From a bacterium (GTDB taxonomy: Bacteria; UBP7; UBA6624; JBBIMK01): DNA of 64,000 nucleotides. Where the stretch lies: contig JBBIMK010000001.1 in assembly GCA_037444445.1 (NCBI GenBank), forward strand, positions 5,012 through 69,011, written 5' to 3'. Shown here piece by piece: positions 27,240-37,905 of this stretch. Each line of letters begins with the position of its first letter. Position 1 is the stretch's first letter. The position numbers were made by a program, and so were the translations under genes. The notes beneath the pieces are model-generated. The model was given only the letters and a program-made list of their open reading frames with translations. It was not told the DNA's origin and did no database searches.

Positions 27240-27749
27240 ATGAAATATCCAGTTGCATGGGCTGCGCTTTTCCTTGCCAGTGGATTTATTGCGGGTTATT
27301 TTCTGGGCTATCAGAAAGGAAAGCAGAGAATAGAAGTAAAGGAAAAGATTCTTCCTGTGCAGGAGCAAAGCACAGGGGAAAAAGGGGAAATTCCCACTTC
27401 AGAAAATACGATTCCAGAACCTTCCGGGGCAGGGACAGAAGATTATCGTGCATATATCAGTGTCGTTCTTTCCTGGAAGCGGGGGGGTGTTTCTGGAACC
27501 ATCACCAACCTTGGAGAGCAATCGGTTTCACGGATTGAGTTGACTTTCTACTGGGTAGATGAACAGAACCGCTGGACGCCCATCGGGCGCTACCAGAACG
27601 ACTTCGGGTTAAAACCCAAAGAAAGTCGTCATTTCTCGGCGCCGTTATCTTTACCCCGAGAAGCCCGTGAGGAAAAGGGACACTATAACTATGAACTATC
27701 AAAACTGGAGGTCCAGCCAGTGCCTGCTATCCCCTCCGATGAAAAATAG
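27240..27749 (+). CDS. Hypothetical membrane-anchored protein
   Basis: N-terminal TM helix; no recognised motifs. Confidence 0.35.
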   Translation: MKYPVAWAALFLASGFIAGYFLGYQKGKQRIEVKEKILPVQEQSTGEKGEIPTSENTIPEPSGAGTEDYRAYISVVLSWKRGGVSGTITNLGEQSVSRIELTFYWVDEQNRWTPIGRYQNDFGLKPKESRHFSAPLSLPREAREEKGHYNYELSKLEVQPVPAIPSDEK

Positions 27750-27773
27750 ATTCCCCATGAGAACCTAAAAAGA

Positions 27774-29543
27774 ATGGCTTACGAAGGGAAAAAGAGCAAA
27801 GAATGGCAGGTCATCTTCCGTCCCTTAAGGCAGGAGTTGCGGATTTATCTCCTTGCTATGATATGCGCCGCTCTGAGCCGGATTGCCAACGGAGCGAGCC
27901 TGTGGATTATTGAGCCCTTCGTAAATCAAGTCCTGATACAGAAACAATATGAAAAGACCTCTTCACTCATTTTCCTGTTTCTACTTTTGACATTATTTTC
28001 AGCCATTTTCTATTTTGTTGAGAATTATCTATCAGCGATGGCCGGGAATCGGTCTGCTTATAAGCAACGGCAAAAGATATTTACACACCTGCAGACCCTA
28101 TCTCTGGGATTTTACACCAGCACGAGAATGGGAGAGATATTATCTCGCTTTACCGCGGACCTGGAAGTAATCCAGGGATTTTATGTAAGCACTCTGCGTA
28201 ATTTCTTTGCGCTTCCCATAGAAATTCTTGTGGGATTGCTCTATATTTTACACTTATCCTGGCGGCTCACTCTGTTCTCTTTCTTTATTTTTCCCATTGC
28301 GGGCTTCCTCGTGTTATTGACGGGGCGGCGGATGAAAAAGGCTGCACGAAAAGCTCGGATGAAAATTGCGGACATTATGTCTTTCCTCCAGGAAGCCATC
28401 ATGGGGATGAAAATTATTCAGTTATTCACACTGGAGAAAGTGAAAGAGGAAAAATTTGCCTACCATAATATAGAAAGCTACCGAGCGGTCATGAAGGAAG
28501 CCTTAATACGGAGTTTTTCAGCCCCGCTCATCATCATTCTGGGGGGAATAACCATATCTGCCATTTTACTGATGAGCGTTTTAGAGAGCCGATTATCTCC
28601 AGCTTTTGGAACGGGTAACCTGGTGGCATTCCTGATGATTTTGATTAATATGATTGTCAATCCCCTGCGTCGTGTAAACGAGGTATATCTGGCTTACCAG
28701 CAGGCCATGGTGGCGGATGGACGGATTGAAGAGTTATCCAGTGCCGGTCCGACGATTCAGGAAACGCCGGATGCAACCGTGCTTCCCAAAATCTATGGAT
28801 CGATTGAGTTCAAAGGAATCCATTTTTCCTACGATGGAACGACAGAAGTCCTAAGAAATTTCAATCTGTTCATACCCTCCGGGAAAACGGTGGCACTTGT
28901 AGGACCTTCTGGGGCAGGGAAAAGCACCCTGATCAATCTTCTTCTGCGCTTCTATGATCCCCAGGAAGGAGAGATTCTCCTTGATGGTGTGGACATCCGG
29001 CGATTGAAACTGGACTTTCTGCGAAAAATTATGGGCGTCGTGCCCCAGGAAACCATCCTCTTCAACACCACGGTTCGTGAGAACATCCAGTTAGGGAAAC
29101 CGGAGGCCTCTTCAGAAGAGGTGATAAAGGCCGCCAAGGCCGCCCATGCTCACGAATTTATTCAGAGTTTACAGCAAGGGTATGAAAGCCTGGTAGGGGA
29201 GCGAGGGACTGCCCTTTCTGGAGGGCAGCAGCAACGCATAGCCATCGCTCGGGCTTTGTTAAAAGACCCCCGAATCCTCATCCTGGATGAAGCCGTGTCC
29301 GGCGTGGATGCGGATTCAGAAGTGAAAATCCAGGAAGCGATTCAGCAGGCCTTTCAGGGACGCACAGCCATTTTGATTGCTCACCGGTTGAGTACAGCAC
29401 GACGGGCAGACCTCATTGCGGTGATAGATAACGGAAAGGTTCTGGAGATGGGGGCTCATGACGAACTGATAGCGCGAAATGGCTATTATAAAAAGCTTTA
29501 TGATACACAATTCCTGGCGAAAAAAGAAATGATAATCGGATGA
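27774..29543 (+). CDS. ABC transporter permease/ATP-binding fusion (MsbA/lipid exporter-like)
   Basis: 6-TM N-terminal half; Walker A GPSGAGKST, signature LSGGQQQR, Walker B ILILDEA. Confidence 0.85.
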   Translation: MAYEGKKSKEWQVIFRPLRQELRIYLLAMICAALSRIANGASLWIIEPFVNQVLIQKQYEKTSSLIFLFLLLTLFSAIFYFVENYLSAMAGNRSAYKQRQKIFTHLQTLSLGFYTSTRMGEILSRFTADLEVIQGFYVSTLRNFFALPIEILVGLLYILHLSWRLTLFSFFIFPIAGFLVLLTGRRMKKAARKARMKIADIMSFLQEAIMGMKIIQLFTLEKVKEEKFAYHNIESYRAVMKEALIRSFSAPLIIILGGITISAILLMSVLESRLSPAFGTGNLVAFLMILINMIVNPLRRVNEVYLAYQQAMVADGRIEELSSAGPTIQETPDATVLPKIYGSIEFKGIHFSYDGTTEVLRNFNLFIPSGKTVALVGPSGAGKSTLINLLLRFYDPQEGEILLDGVDIRRLKLDFLRKIMGVVPQETILFNTTVRENIQLGKPEASSEEVIKAAKAAHAHEFIQSLQQGYESLVGERGTALSGGQQQRIAIARALLKDPRILILDEAVSGVDADSEVKIQEAIQQAFQGRTAILIAHRLSTARRADLIAVIDNGKVLEMGAHDELIARNGYYKKLYDTQFLAKKEMIIG

Positions 29544-30265
29544 ATAGCCTGTGCGTTATCCCAGTCCGCTACTCCTCTCAACGCTTACCTGGAAAGGCGC
29601 TGGCTGACATCGGGGGGAAACCTATGGTGCAGTGGGTGTGGGAATCCGCTATGAAAGCGGGAGGCTTCCGACGGGTGATTATCGCCACGGACGATGAACG
29701 AATCCAGAAAACGGCTATTCGTTTCGGTGCTGAAGTCATGATGACCTCTCCTTCCCATCCATCTGGAACAGACCGGGTGGCAGAAGTAGCCCGTAAAATT
29801 CGGGGAAATCCTATTGTAAATCTCCAGGGAGATGAGCCCTTGATTCAGCCTCACCATCTGGCACAACTGGTGCATCGGATTGAAAATGAGGAGAGAATTC
29901 CTATGGTGACTCTCGCCGCACCGATTTCGGAAGAAGAAGCCAGTAGCCCATCCTGCGTAAAGGTGGTGGTCAATGCGAAGCAAAATGCTCTCTATTTTTC
30001 CCGGGCCCCAATTCCTTATCATTCCAATACTCTGGGAAAAGCCCTTTATTGGAAGCATATCGGTGTATATGGCTATCGTCGGAATGTTCTACTCCGTCTG
30101 GTGGCGTATCCTCCCTCGTATCTGGAGCAAATTGAGAAATTAGAGCAGTTGAGAGCACTGGAACATGGCATTCCTATTCGGGTCATAACCATCTCAGAAC
30201 CCGTGATTTCTGTGGACACTGAGAAGGATTTGCAGCGGGTGCGAGAAATTATAAGGACCTCTTGA
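29540..30265 (+). CDS. kdsB: 3-deoxy-manno-octulosonate cytidylyltransferase
   Basis: CVIPVRYSSQRLPGKALADIGGKPMVQWV; 4-nt overlap with the upstream ABC gene. Confidence 0.85.
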   Translation: MNSLCVIPVRYSSQRLPGKALADIGGKPMVQWVWESAMKAGGFRRVIIATDDERIQKTAIRFGAEVMMTSPSHPSGTDRVAEVARKIRGNPIVNLQGDEPLIQPHHLAQLVHRIENEERIPMVTLAAPISEEEASSPSCVKVVVNAKQNALYFSRAPIPYHSNTLGKALYWKHIGVYGYRRNVLLRLVAYPPSYLEQIEKLEQLRALEHGIPIRVITISEPVISVDTEKDLQRVREIIRTS

Positions 30266-30330
30266 TTGACAGAATCACATGCGTCATCCCGGTGTCATTC
30301 CGAGATAGACTTTTAAGAGTATAATTAGGA

Positions 30331-31581
30331 ATGCAAAGGATGGAACGAATTATTTTTCATATAGATATTGATGCATTTTTTGCTTCTGTGGAACAAAGAG
30401 ATAATCCAGCATTGAGAGGAAAACCTATCGCGGTGATAGGACCGAGAAAACGGACCGTGATTCTTACAGCCTCTTATGAAGCGCGAAAGTATGGCGTAAA
30501 AACGGGAATGATGTTGAAGCAGGGGTTGGCACTCTGTCCCGACCTGATACTGGTGCGGGCGCATAATCAGAAATATATGCACGAATCAGAGAAAATCATC
30601 CGTATTCTACAGGAGTTTACTCCAGAAGTAGAAGTATTTTCCATTGATGAAGCATTTTTGGATATGAGCGGGTGCACGCATCTATTCGGAGGCACCCTGA
30701 AAGCGGGCAGAGAAATGAAGAAGCGAATCTACGATAGAGTGGGATTGACTTGCTCCATCGGAATTGCTCCTACCAAGGTTCTGGCGAAACTGGCAAGTGA
30801 TATGCAGAAGCCGGATGGACTCGTGTGGCTGAAGCAGGAAGAAATCCCTAAAACCATAGGCAATATGGAAGTGGATTCCCTGTGGGGAATCGGTTTTCGG
30901 TTGAAGGCTCACCTGGCGCAAATGGGCATTCAAACCGTGGGGCAACTGGCAAGATGCCCGGTGTGGCGTCTGGAATCTCATTTCGGCGTTTACGGTGAGT
31001 TCTTGCACCGCATCGCCAACGGCAAAGATGACATCCCCGTCATCCGGATGGAAGAAGAGCCCGATGCGAAATCTATCGGGCATACCCTCACGGTCCCCAA
31101 AGACCTGTATACGACCCGAGAAATTAAAAAATATCTATTGCAAGTGGCTGAGGAAGTGGGGCGAAGGATGCGCAAAGGAGGATATGTTGGCAGGACTATC
31201 TGCCTGATTCTTCGCTTCACTACTTTTGAAACCAGCAGCCAGAGAACAAGCCTTTCAACTTTTACTTGCGATAGTAAAAAAATTTACGATACGGCCACCC
31301 TCATTCTCAATAGGCTTGACCTTCGTGGAATGGGAGTGCGGCTGGTCGGCATCACCGTATCTAACCTTCATCGGCATCACAGATTTTTTTCTTTACTGCC
31401 GGGTGAAGAAAAAAGACGGAGGGTTACCGAAGCCGTAGACCGGATCAATGATAAATACGGTGAGTGGACGGTGACCCGGGCAGACTTGCTCTGGCGGGCC
31501 TCTTCTATCCGCTCCATTCCACCCTCCTGGCGGCCTTCATCCAGCCGAAAAGTTATAGCCTCTACTCCCTCACCTTCTTGA
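30331..31581 (+). CDS. dinB: DNA polymerase IV (Y-family)
   Basis: IFHIDIDAFFASVEQRDNPALRGKPIAV. Confidence 0.85.
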   Translation: MQRMERIIFHIDIDAFFASVEQRDNPALRGKPIAVIGPRKRTVILTASYEARKYGVKTGMMLKQGLALCPDLILVRAHNQKYMHESEKIIRILQEFTPEVEVFSIDEAFLDMSGCTHLFGGTLKAGREMKKRIYDRVGLTCSIGIAPTKVLAKLASDMQKPDGLVWLKQEEIPKTIGNMEVDSLWGIGFRLKAHLAQMGIQTVGQLARCPVWRLESHFGVYGEFLHRIANGKDDIPVIRMEEEPDAKSIGHTLTVPKDLYTTREIKKYLLQVAEEVGRRMRKGGYVGRTICLILRFTTFETSSQRTSLSTFTCDSKKIYDTATLILNRLDLRGMGVRLVGITVSNLHRHHRFFSLLPGEEKRRRVTEAVDRINDKYGEWTVTRADLLWRASSIRSIPPSWRPSSSRKVIASTPSPS

Positions 31582-31584
31582 GGC

Positions 31585-33024
31585 TCAAGGAGAGCAAGAA
31601 AAGGTTTCCAGAAAAACTCTTTCACCCAGCCACCGTTCCTGGAAATGAAACCGGGAAAAAAGCCATAAACGAACACGATTTTGCGGAAGTACGGGGTCAA
31701 AAGAACCGAGAAGAAAAATCCGATGACAGTGTTTTAGGGTTTCATCCAGAAGAGGAGGAGAAAAATTCTCCTCCTGAACCTGCAGAAATTGCCCTTTGCC
31801 ATGGTAGTAGTAGAGTACTGGATACACATCAAAGACGATGTTGGCAATCAGCACATCTGAAGATAGAGTTTTTTGATTGGCCACCTCCACTATTTTTCGC
31901 CATGACTGGTGCTCGTATGAATAGGAAGGTAAAAGAACTGCTAAAAAAGTAAGTATCAGGGAAAAAGCAAGGGGACGACTTTGAAGGCGTAGTAACCCGA
32001 TGCTGAATAAGGCAAATAAACCCGGTAAGCCCATTACGAAGTAAAATTCTTCATAGCCAGGAGTAAACAGTGAAATTCCCAGAGCGCCCAGTATTGGGAA
32101 TAGACCGAAAAGCAGGAAAAATATCAGGGTCTGTTTTGAGGGCCACAATGCGAAGTAAGCAGAGATGAACAGGAAAATGGCAATGAAAAGAATCCAGAGA
32201 AGGAGAAGTTTCTCTGATAGGTCAATTCCTGGAGATTGAAGGAAAAATATCTGGCCGAGAAACACAGCAAAGATGCTTCGGATAACTCGGAGAAGTGAAA
32301 GAGGCTGAATCATCGGATTGCCCCTGGAAAGGTGTAAAAAGAAAGCAGGTAGCCAGGGAAGATAGGGAAGGAAAACCAGAAGATAAGGTAGGAAAGCAGT
32401 GAGACGCTGGCGAAGGAAAGCAAGAAGGAATATCACAGGCAGAAGAAGGAAGGCATAATAGTGAGTGTAAAGGGCGAAGAGAAGAGCCAGAAATGAGAGG
32501 AGAAAATCTCTATAAATTTTTCTATCCAGGAATCGGTCAGCATAATGCAAGCAGAAAAGAGTTAGAAGAAGCATGAGGACATACGGGCGTGCGGTGCGAG
32601 CAGACTCTATTTCAAAAGGAGATAATGCCATCAGGAGAGCGGTCCAGAGTCCGGCTTTCCAGCGGAGTCGCTCCGATACCATTCGGTAAGCCATAAAGAT
32701 AGCGATGAGGTCTACACACACCATCAGAAAGCGCGCAGGAATTTCGTGAACAATCCAGGGAAAGACGAGATAGATTCCATGATAAAGGAGATAAACGAGA
32801 GGCGGATTGAAGTCCTTTGTAATGGTGTGGAGGAGAATCCGGGAAACAGGCATTTGAGCCACCCAAAGGGTATAGGCTTCATCTGCCCAAAAACTGGCAT
32901 TACCGAGAGCATAGATACGAAGAAAGAAAGCGATAAAAAGAATCAGAAAAATGGGGAGAGAGGAGTGGGGCGATTCAGCCGATGAATTCGGAGTAAGAAG
33001 CTTTATTTGCCTTTCCAAGCAGGA
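31585..33024 (-). CDS. Polytopic membrane protein, GT-C fold glycosyltransferase-like (ArnT/PMT family)
   Basis: More than 10 TM helices; FWADEAYTLW DE motif in the first loop. The ORF is open to 33162 but overlaps the upstream crotonase, so the true start is probably internal. Confidence 0.45.
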   Translation of the reverse strand, partial: SCLERQIKLLTPNSSAESPHSSLPIFLILFIAFFLRIYALGNASFWADEAYTLWVAQMPVSRILLHTITKDFNPPLVYLLYHGIYLVFPWIVHEIPARFLMVCVDLIAIFMAYRMVSERLRWKAGLWTALLMALSPFEIESARTARPYVLMLLLTLFCLHYADRFLDRKIYRDFLLSFLALLFALYTHYYAFLLLPVIFLLAFLRQRLTAFLPYLLVFLPYLPWLPAFFLHLSRGNPMIQPLSLLRVIRSIFAVFLGQIFFLQSPGIDLSEKLLLLWILFIAIFLFISAYFALWPSKQTLIFFLLFGLFPILGALGISLFTPGYEEFYFVMGLPGLFALFSIGLLRLQSRPLAFSLILTFLAVLLPSYSYEHQSWRKIVEVANQKTLSSDVLIANIVFDVYPVLYYYHGKGQFLQVQEENFSPPLLDETLKHCHRIFLLGSFDPVLPQNRVRLWLFSRFHFQERWLGERVFLETFSCSP

Positions 33025-33794
33025 GACCGTTTTTGTAGAAAAGCAGTAAGCCCTTCCTGACTGTCTTCTGTGGAGCGGGTGACAGTAAAGAGAGAGGCTT
33101 CCAGGGCAAGTGCCTCGTGAAGAGGAGCATTGAGCCCGTAGTTCACGGAGTCCAAAATGCAACGGACCGAAATCGGGGCTTTGGAGGCAATAAGATTGGC
33201 CAGAGTTTGAACCGTGTTTTGAAGGTCAGAAGGCTCCGCAAGATTGTTCACAAGCCCGATGCGGTAGGCTTCTTCCGCATCTATCATCTTTCCGGTAAGA
33301 AGATATTCCAGGGCGATGTTTTTACCGACGAGACGGGAGAGGCGCTGGGTGCCGCCCCAGCCGGGGAGAATGCCGAGATTGATTTCAGGTTGCCCGAAAC
33401 GAGCGGTCTTAGAAGCCACTCGGATATGACATGCCAAAGCGAGTTCACATCCACCGCCGAGGGCGTAGCCGTTGACAGCAGCAATGACTGGCTTGCCCAG
33501 GTTTTCAATAGAAGAGACGATTTCTTGCCCCCAGCGGGTATAAAGATAGGCTTCGGACGGAGATAAAGCAGCAAGGTCCTCAATATCCGCCCCTGCAATA
33601 AAGGCTTTCTCACCGGCCCCTGTGATAGCCAGGACCCGGATATTCTCGTCTCTTTTCACGGCCTCAAGAGCATCGGAAATTTCTTTCAAAGTCTGGCGGT
33701 TCAATGCGTTGAGTTTCGCTGGACGGTTGATGGTGAGCCATCCCACTTTCTCTTTTACTTCAAAAAGCAAATTTTCGTAAGACATTTTTTTCAC
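33003..33794 (-). CDS. Enoyl-CoA hydratase/isomerase (crotonase family)
   Basis: WLTINRPAKLNAL, AAVNGYALGGGCELALACH. Confidence 0.85.
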   Translation of the reverse strand: MKKMSYENLLFEVKEKVGWLTINRPAKLNALNRQTLKEISDALEAVKRDENIRVLAITGAGEKAFIAGADIEDLAALSPSEAYLYTRWGQEIVSSIENLGKPVIAAVNGYALGGGCELALACHIRVASKTARFGQPEINLGILPGWGGTQRLSRLVGKNIALEYLLTGKMIDAEEAYRIGLVNNLAEPSDLQNTVQTLANLIASKAPISVRCILDSVNYGLNAPLHEALALEASLFTVTRSTEDSQEGLTAFLQKRSPAWKGK

Positions 33795-33856
33795 CTCCAG
33801 AAAGGTAATATACCATTTCCTTTAGAAAAGAGGCAGAATAGACTTCAAAAAGTAAT

Positions 33857-34606
33857 TTATTCATGCGGGGAATGAGCAAGCCTTATGCGGAGCAGGTCAC
33901 GAAGCATTGCGGAGCCGTGACGAAATAGTCTTACCGTGCTTTCGGGGCGGTATTTCCAATCTACAGGAACTTCCATGATACGATAGCCCGCTTTGTGAAA
34001 AAGATAGAGGAGTTCCAGGTCAAAAGCGAAGCCATTGATGAAAGAATATCGGAGCAGTTTTCTTAAAACAGCACCCTGAAATAGTTTCATTCCACACTGA
34101 GTGTCCTGAATGGAAGGAATGAAATAGGAGCGAGAAAGCCAGTTTAGAATTTTGCCAGGTAGGCTCCGATAAAGGTTCTCCTTTCCATTCAAGAGATGGC
34201 TCTGGCGCAAACGACGCGAAGCAATGGCCGCATCAGCACCCTGTTCAATGCGTTGAAGTAACAGCAACAGTTGTGAAATAGGTATCTGAAGGTCTGCATC
34301 CAGGAAACCGGCTACCTCCCCTGAGGTGAGAAGAAGTGCCTCGCGTAAAACGGCCCCTTTACCTTGATTGTTAGGATGGTAAAAAATTTGGAGGGCAGTT
34401 TTCCGAGAGGAATACCGGACTTCAAATTCTTCAAGGAATCGTTTTGTCAACACATCACTGCCATCATCGGCGATGAAAAGTTCGGTCGTTGAATGATACC
34501 CTTCCAGAAAAAGCAGGATTTCAGGTAAGGTGAGGGATAAGAGATTCCCTTCGTTGTAAACGGGGACAACGAGGCTAAGACTGGGTATCGCTGAGGCGTG
34601 TCTCAT
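33857..34606 (-). CDS. Glycosyltransferase family 2 (dolichyl-phosphate sugar synthase-like)
   Basis: LSLVVPVYNEGN ... ADDGSD (DxD). Confidence 0.75.
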   Translation of the reverse strand: MRHASAIPSLSLVVPVYNEGNLLSLTLPEILLFLEGYHSTTELFIADDGSDVLTKRFLEEFEVRYSSRKTALQIFYHPNNQGKGAVLREALLLTSGEVAGFLDADLQIPISQLLLLLQRIEQGADAAIASRRLRQSHLLNGKENLYRSLPGKILNWLSRSYFIPSIQDTQCGMKLFQGAVLRKLLRYSFINGFAFDLELLYLFHKAGYRIMEVPVDWKYRPESTVRLFRHGSAMLRDLLRIRLAHSPHE

Positions 34607-34713
34607 CCGGTTCTGAAGAACTGTTCTTGAGGGAGAATAAACCCATCAACGGGAATCTATTCTTGTAATACCCTCATAGATGGGAATCGAGAATTTCCAC
34701 AGGGTTTTCATTC

Positions 34714-35688
34714 TCAGTAAGCGAGAATTTCCCGAACGGCTTTTTCTACACGTTTGAGTGTAGGAATGTAGTAAGCATCAGTCCAATAAGGATAGGGGGT
34801 GAAATATCCGGTAACACGCTTGATAGGAGCCTGGAGATATTCAATGACGTTTTCCGCCAGAAAGGCAGAAATTTCCGAGGCGAAAGAGCAGAATTTTGGA
34901 GCCTCTACAAGGGCGATGACGCGGCCAGTTTTTCTGGCAGAAGCCAGGATGGCTTCTCCATCAAAAGGTAACAGGGTTCGCAAGTCAAGAATCTCAATAG
35001 AGATACCTTCCGGGTATAGTTTATCTGCCACCTCACTGGCTACATACACCAGAGAGCCATAAGTGATAATGGAGACATCCTTTCCTTCTCGGACAAGACG
35101 GGCGACTCCGAGGGGCACGGTGTATACTCCTTCTGGAACCTCCTCTCGGGGGGCGAAATACAACTTTTTCGGCTCAAAGAAAATCACCGGGTCCGGGTCT
35201 TGAACGGAGGCAATCAACAGCCCTTTGGCATCATAAGGAGTAGAAGGAACTACCACCTTTAAGCCGGCAGTGTGGATGAAGTAGGATTCATTGGCTTGAG
35301 AGTGGTAAAGGCCGCCTTTCACACCTCCTCCCCAGGGGGTTCGTATGACGACGGGCACGGCAATTTGCCCACCGGAACGGTAGCGAAACTTGGCGAGTTC
35401 CGAAACAATTTGATCAAACCCGGGATAGATAAAGTCCGTAAACTGAATTTCTGCAATGGGACGAAGCCCGTTGATTGCCATCCCAATGGCAAAGCCGATT
35501 ATCCCGTTTTCTGCCAGTGGCGTATCAAAACATCTTTCTATGCCAAACTCCTGTTGAAGACCTTCCGTTGCCAGGAAGACTCCTCCCCGTTTCCCCACAT
35601 CTTCCCCAAAAATTACCACTCGTTCATCCAAGAGCATTAGAGTTCGTATAGCATCCCGAATGGCTCGGACCATCGGTAAAGACGGCAT
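34714..35688 (-). CDS. 2-oxoacid dehydrogenase E1 component beta subunit (transketolase-like)
   Basis: 324 aa; typical E1-beta N-terminus. Confidence 0.8.
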   Translation of the reverse strand: MPSLPMVRAIRDAIRTLMLLDERVVIFGEDVGKRGGVFLATEGLQQEFGIERCFDTPLAENGIIGFAIGMAINGLRPIAEIQFTDFIYPGFDQIVSELAKFRYRSGGQIAVPVVIRTPWGGGVKGGLYHSQANESYFIHTAGLKVVVPSTPYDAKGLLIASVQDPDPVIFFEPKKLYFAPREEVPEGVYTVPLGVARLVREGKDVSIITYGSLVYVASEVADKLYPEGISIEILDLRTLLPFDGEAILASARKTGRVIALVEAPKFCSFASEISAFLAENVIEYLQAPIKRVTGYFTPYPYWTDAYYIPTLKRVEKAVREILAY

Positions 35689-36818
35689 TATTTCTCACCT
35701 CTTTCGTATTCTTCCTGATATAATTCCACGAACTCTTGTTTTTCCTGCTTTAAGAACCATGGCTCTTCCGCATAAACATCTTCTAAGAAAGAAGCGAGAG
35801 GTGGATGAGGAGAACGCTCTGCAATTTCATAGGCTTGCATCACCTGTTCCTTAAGTTGTTCAAGCAGTTCACTATCGGATTTTTCAGAGAGTATGCTTTC
35901 GCGAATCAAGAACAGGCGGAGGCGTTTAATGGGGTCGCGTTTTTTTTGCCAGTCTTCTACTTCTTCCGGCCTTCTATATCGCTTATCGTCATCAGCGGAA
36001 GAATGAGGCGCATAACGGTAAGTGACAGCCTCAATCAAGGTGGGTCCCTGACCCGACCGGGCTTTTTGTACAGCGTAGTGAGTTACCGAATAAACAGCCA
36101 GAACATCGTTTCCATCCACACGAAATCCATCAAAGCCATAAGCACAGGCTTTCACAGCAATGGTTTTCGTGGCCATCTGGAAGTTCAGAGGCACAGAGAT
36201 AGCATATTGATTGTTCTGGCAAAAGAAAACGACGGGGCATTGGAAAACGGCGGCGAAATTCAGCCCCTCGTGGAAAGCGCCTTCAGAAGTTCCACCATCT
36301 CCGAAATAAGTCATAGTGACGCTACTCTCTTTACGATATTTAGACGCATAAGCCGTGCCAACTGCTTGAGGGATTTGTGTACTGACAGGGCTGGAAAGGG
36401 TAATCAGATGCAAATCATAGCGTCCCAGGTGACCGGGCATCTGCCGCCCTCTGGCAGGGTCAAGGCTCCTGCTCATGAAATGACCAAATATCTCCTCCAG
36501 GGGCATTCCTCGGGTAATAAATACACCTTGTTCTCGGTGGGAAGGATATATCCAGTCCTGAGGTTCCATGGCATAGGCGCTTCCCACCTGGGCTGCTTCT
36601 TGCCCAGCACTACTGGCATAAAAAGCAATTTTACCCTGCTTCTGGAGAATAAGGGTCCGCTCATCCAGCAAGCGAGTAACCCACATAAGCCGATATAATT
36701 CCACGATTTGTTTATCGGTAAGACCATGGTCCCAGTGGCTCACCTGCCGACCTTCTTCATCCAGAATCCGCAGAGACTCTTCCGTAAAAGGCTTTAACTC
36801 AAAAGATTGCACCTTCAT
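35688..36818 (-). CDS. 2-oxoacid dehydrogenase E1 component alpha subunit (TPP-dependent)
   Basis: TPP-binding GDGGTSEGAFHEGLNFAA; abuts E1-beta. Confidence 0.8.
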   Translation of the reverse strand: MKVQSFELKPFTEESLRILDEEGRQVSHWDHGLTDKQIVELYRLMWVTRLLDERTLILQKQGKIAFYASSAGQEAAQVGSAYAMEPQDWIYPSHREQGVFITRGMPLEEIFGHFMSRSLDPARGRQMPGHLGRYDLHLITLSSPVSTQIPQAVGTAYASKYRKESSVTMTYFGDGGTSEGAFHEGLNFAAVFQCPVVFFCQNNQYAISVPLNFQMATKTIAVKACAYGFDGFRVDGNDVLAVYSVTHYAVQKARSGQGPTLIEAVTYRYAPHSSADDDKRYRRPEEVEDWQKKRDPIKRLRLFLIRESILSEKSDSELLEQLKEQVMQAYEIAERSPHPPLASFLEDVYAEEPWFLKQEKQEFVELYQEEYERGEK

Positions 36819-36935
36819 CTCTCAGCCCCTCCATAGTTTAAATTATAAGATATTCTTCACTGAAACTCGCTATTCCAAATATACCACAAATATGAAATAG
36901 AAGTTCAATGGCTGATTCTGGTCCATTATTAAGTT

Positions 36936-37793
36936 TTATGGGAAAACCAGGGCAAAAATGAAGAGAAACACGATAAACCCTAACACAGCGTTGATTTGAA
37001 AAAAAGCCAGTTCAACATTCCGGGCATTCCATTGCTCTATCGCGAGAAGAACACCGATGAAGGCCAACAGGATGAAGCCAACGAAATTCTTCCGAAGTTG
37101 CAGATAAAGGAGAAACAGAGCGAGGAAAGCACAGAAATGGAGGATACGGGAAACGAGAAGAGCGGGTTGCTGTCCCCAGCGAGCGGGTAGAGAAAAGAGT
37201 CCTTCTTTCCGATCAAAATCCACATCCAGTTGAGCGTAAAGAATGTCAAAACCGGAAACCCAGAAGAACATGAAGGTAGCAAGAAGGGCTGAGTGAATGG
37301 TCAATACAGGTGGAGTTGAGTCTAAATCGGTAAATCCAGCGAGGTATCCTCCCAATGGTGCAAGGGCATCGGCAAGCCCTATCCCGAAGTGAGAAAGCAC
37401 CGTGAAACGCTTCAAATAAGGGTAAAAAGTGAAAATGAGGAGAGGAAAAGGGGAAAGATAGAAAAGGAATGGAGATAGCCAGAAAGCAGAAATGAGGTAG
37501 ACCAGAGCACCCGCAAGAGTTACGAGCCGTGCCTCGGAAATCGACATTTTTCCAGCAGGCAGTTCGCGGCTCGCCGTACGGGGATTCCGCTTGTCCAGTT
37601 CTCGGTCTATAATGCGGTTTAGCCCAAAGGCTGCGGTGCGTGCCCCGGTTCCCGCTGTAAGCACCAGAAGAAGGACTTTCCAGGAAGGAACTCCGTCTGC
37701 CGCGAGAAATGCTCCCGAATATAAAAGGGGCAGGCTGAACAGCGTATGCTCTATTTTTATAAATGAAGCATAATTTCTTAACTTCCGGAGCAT
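36936..37793 (-). CDS. UbiA-family prenyltransferase (candidate MqnP)
   Basis: NRIIDRELDKRNPRT (NDxxDxxxD-like first Asp-rich motif); 8-9 TM helices. Confidence 0.7.
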   Translation of the reverse strand: MLRKLRNYASFIKIEHTLFSLPLLYSGAFLAADGVPSWKVLLLVLTAGTGARTAAFGLNRIIDRELDKRNPRTASRELPAGKMSISEARLVTLAGALVYLISAFWLSPFLFYLSPFPLLIFTFYPYLKRFTVLSHFGIGLADALAPLGGYLAGFTDLDSTPPVLTIHSALLATFMFFWVSGFDILYAQLDVDFDRKEGLFSLPARWGQQPALLVSRILHFCAFLALFLLYLQLRKNFVGFILLAFIGVLLAIEQWNARNVELAFFQINAVLGFIVFLFIFALVFP

Positions 37794-37905
37794 CTTCCAA
37801 ATATCATTTTAATTCTTTCAATGGATATTCGCCTGGTTATGCGATGAAATGTCTTAAAAATCCAGAGAAAGAAACCGGAATTGAGATACAATTGTAAAGG
37901 GAAAT

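Noticed and set aside
35805-36698. 297-aa plus-strand ORF
   Set aside because: It is entirely antisense to the E1 alpha gene and has no motifs; shadow ORF. The same holds for 62299..63378 (antisense to the hydrogenase large subunit), 29585..30058 (antisense to kdsB) and 4021..4359 (antisense to fadD).
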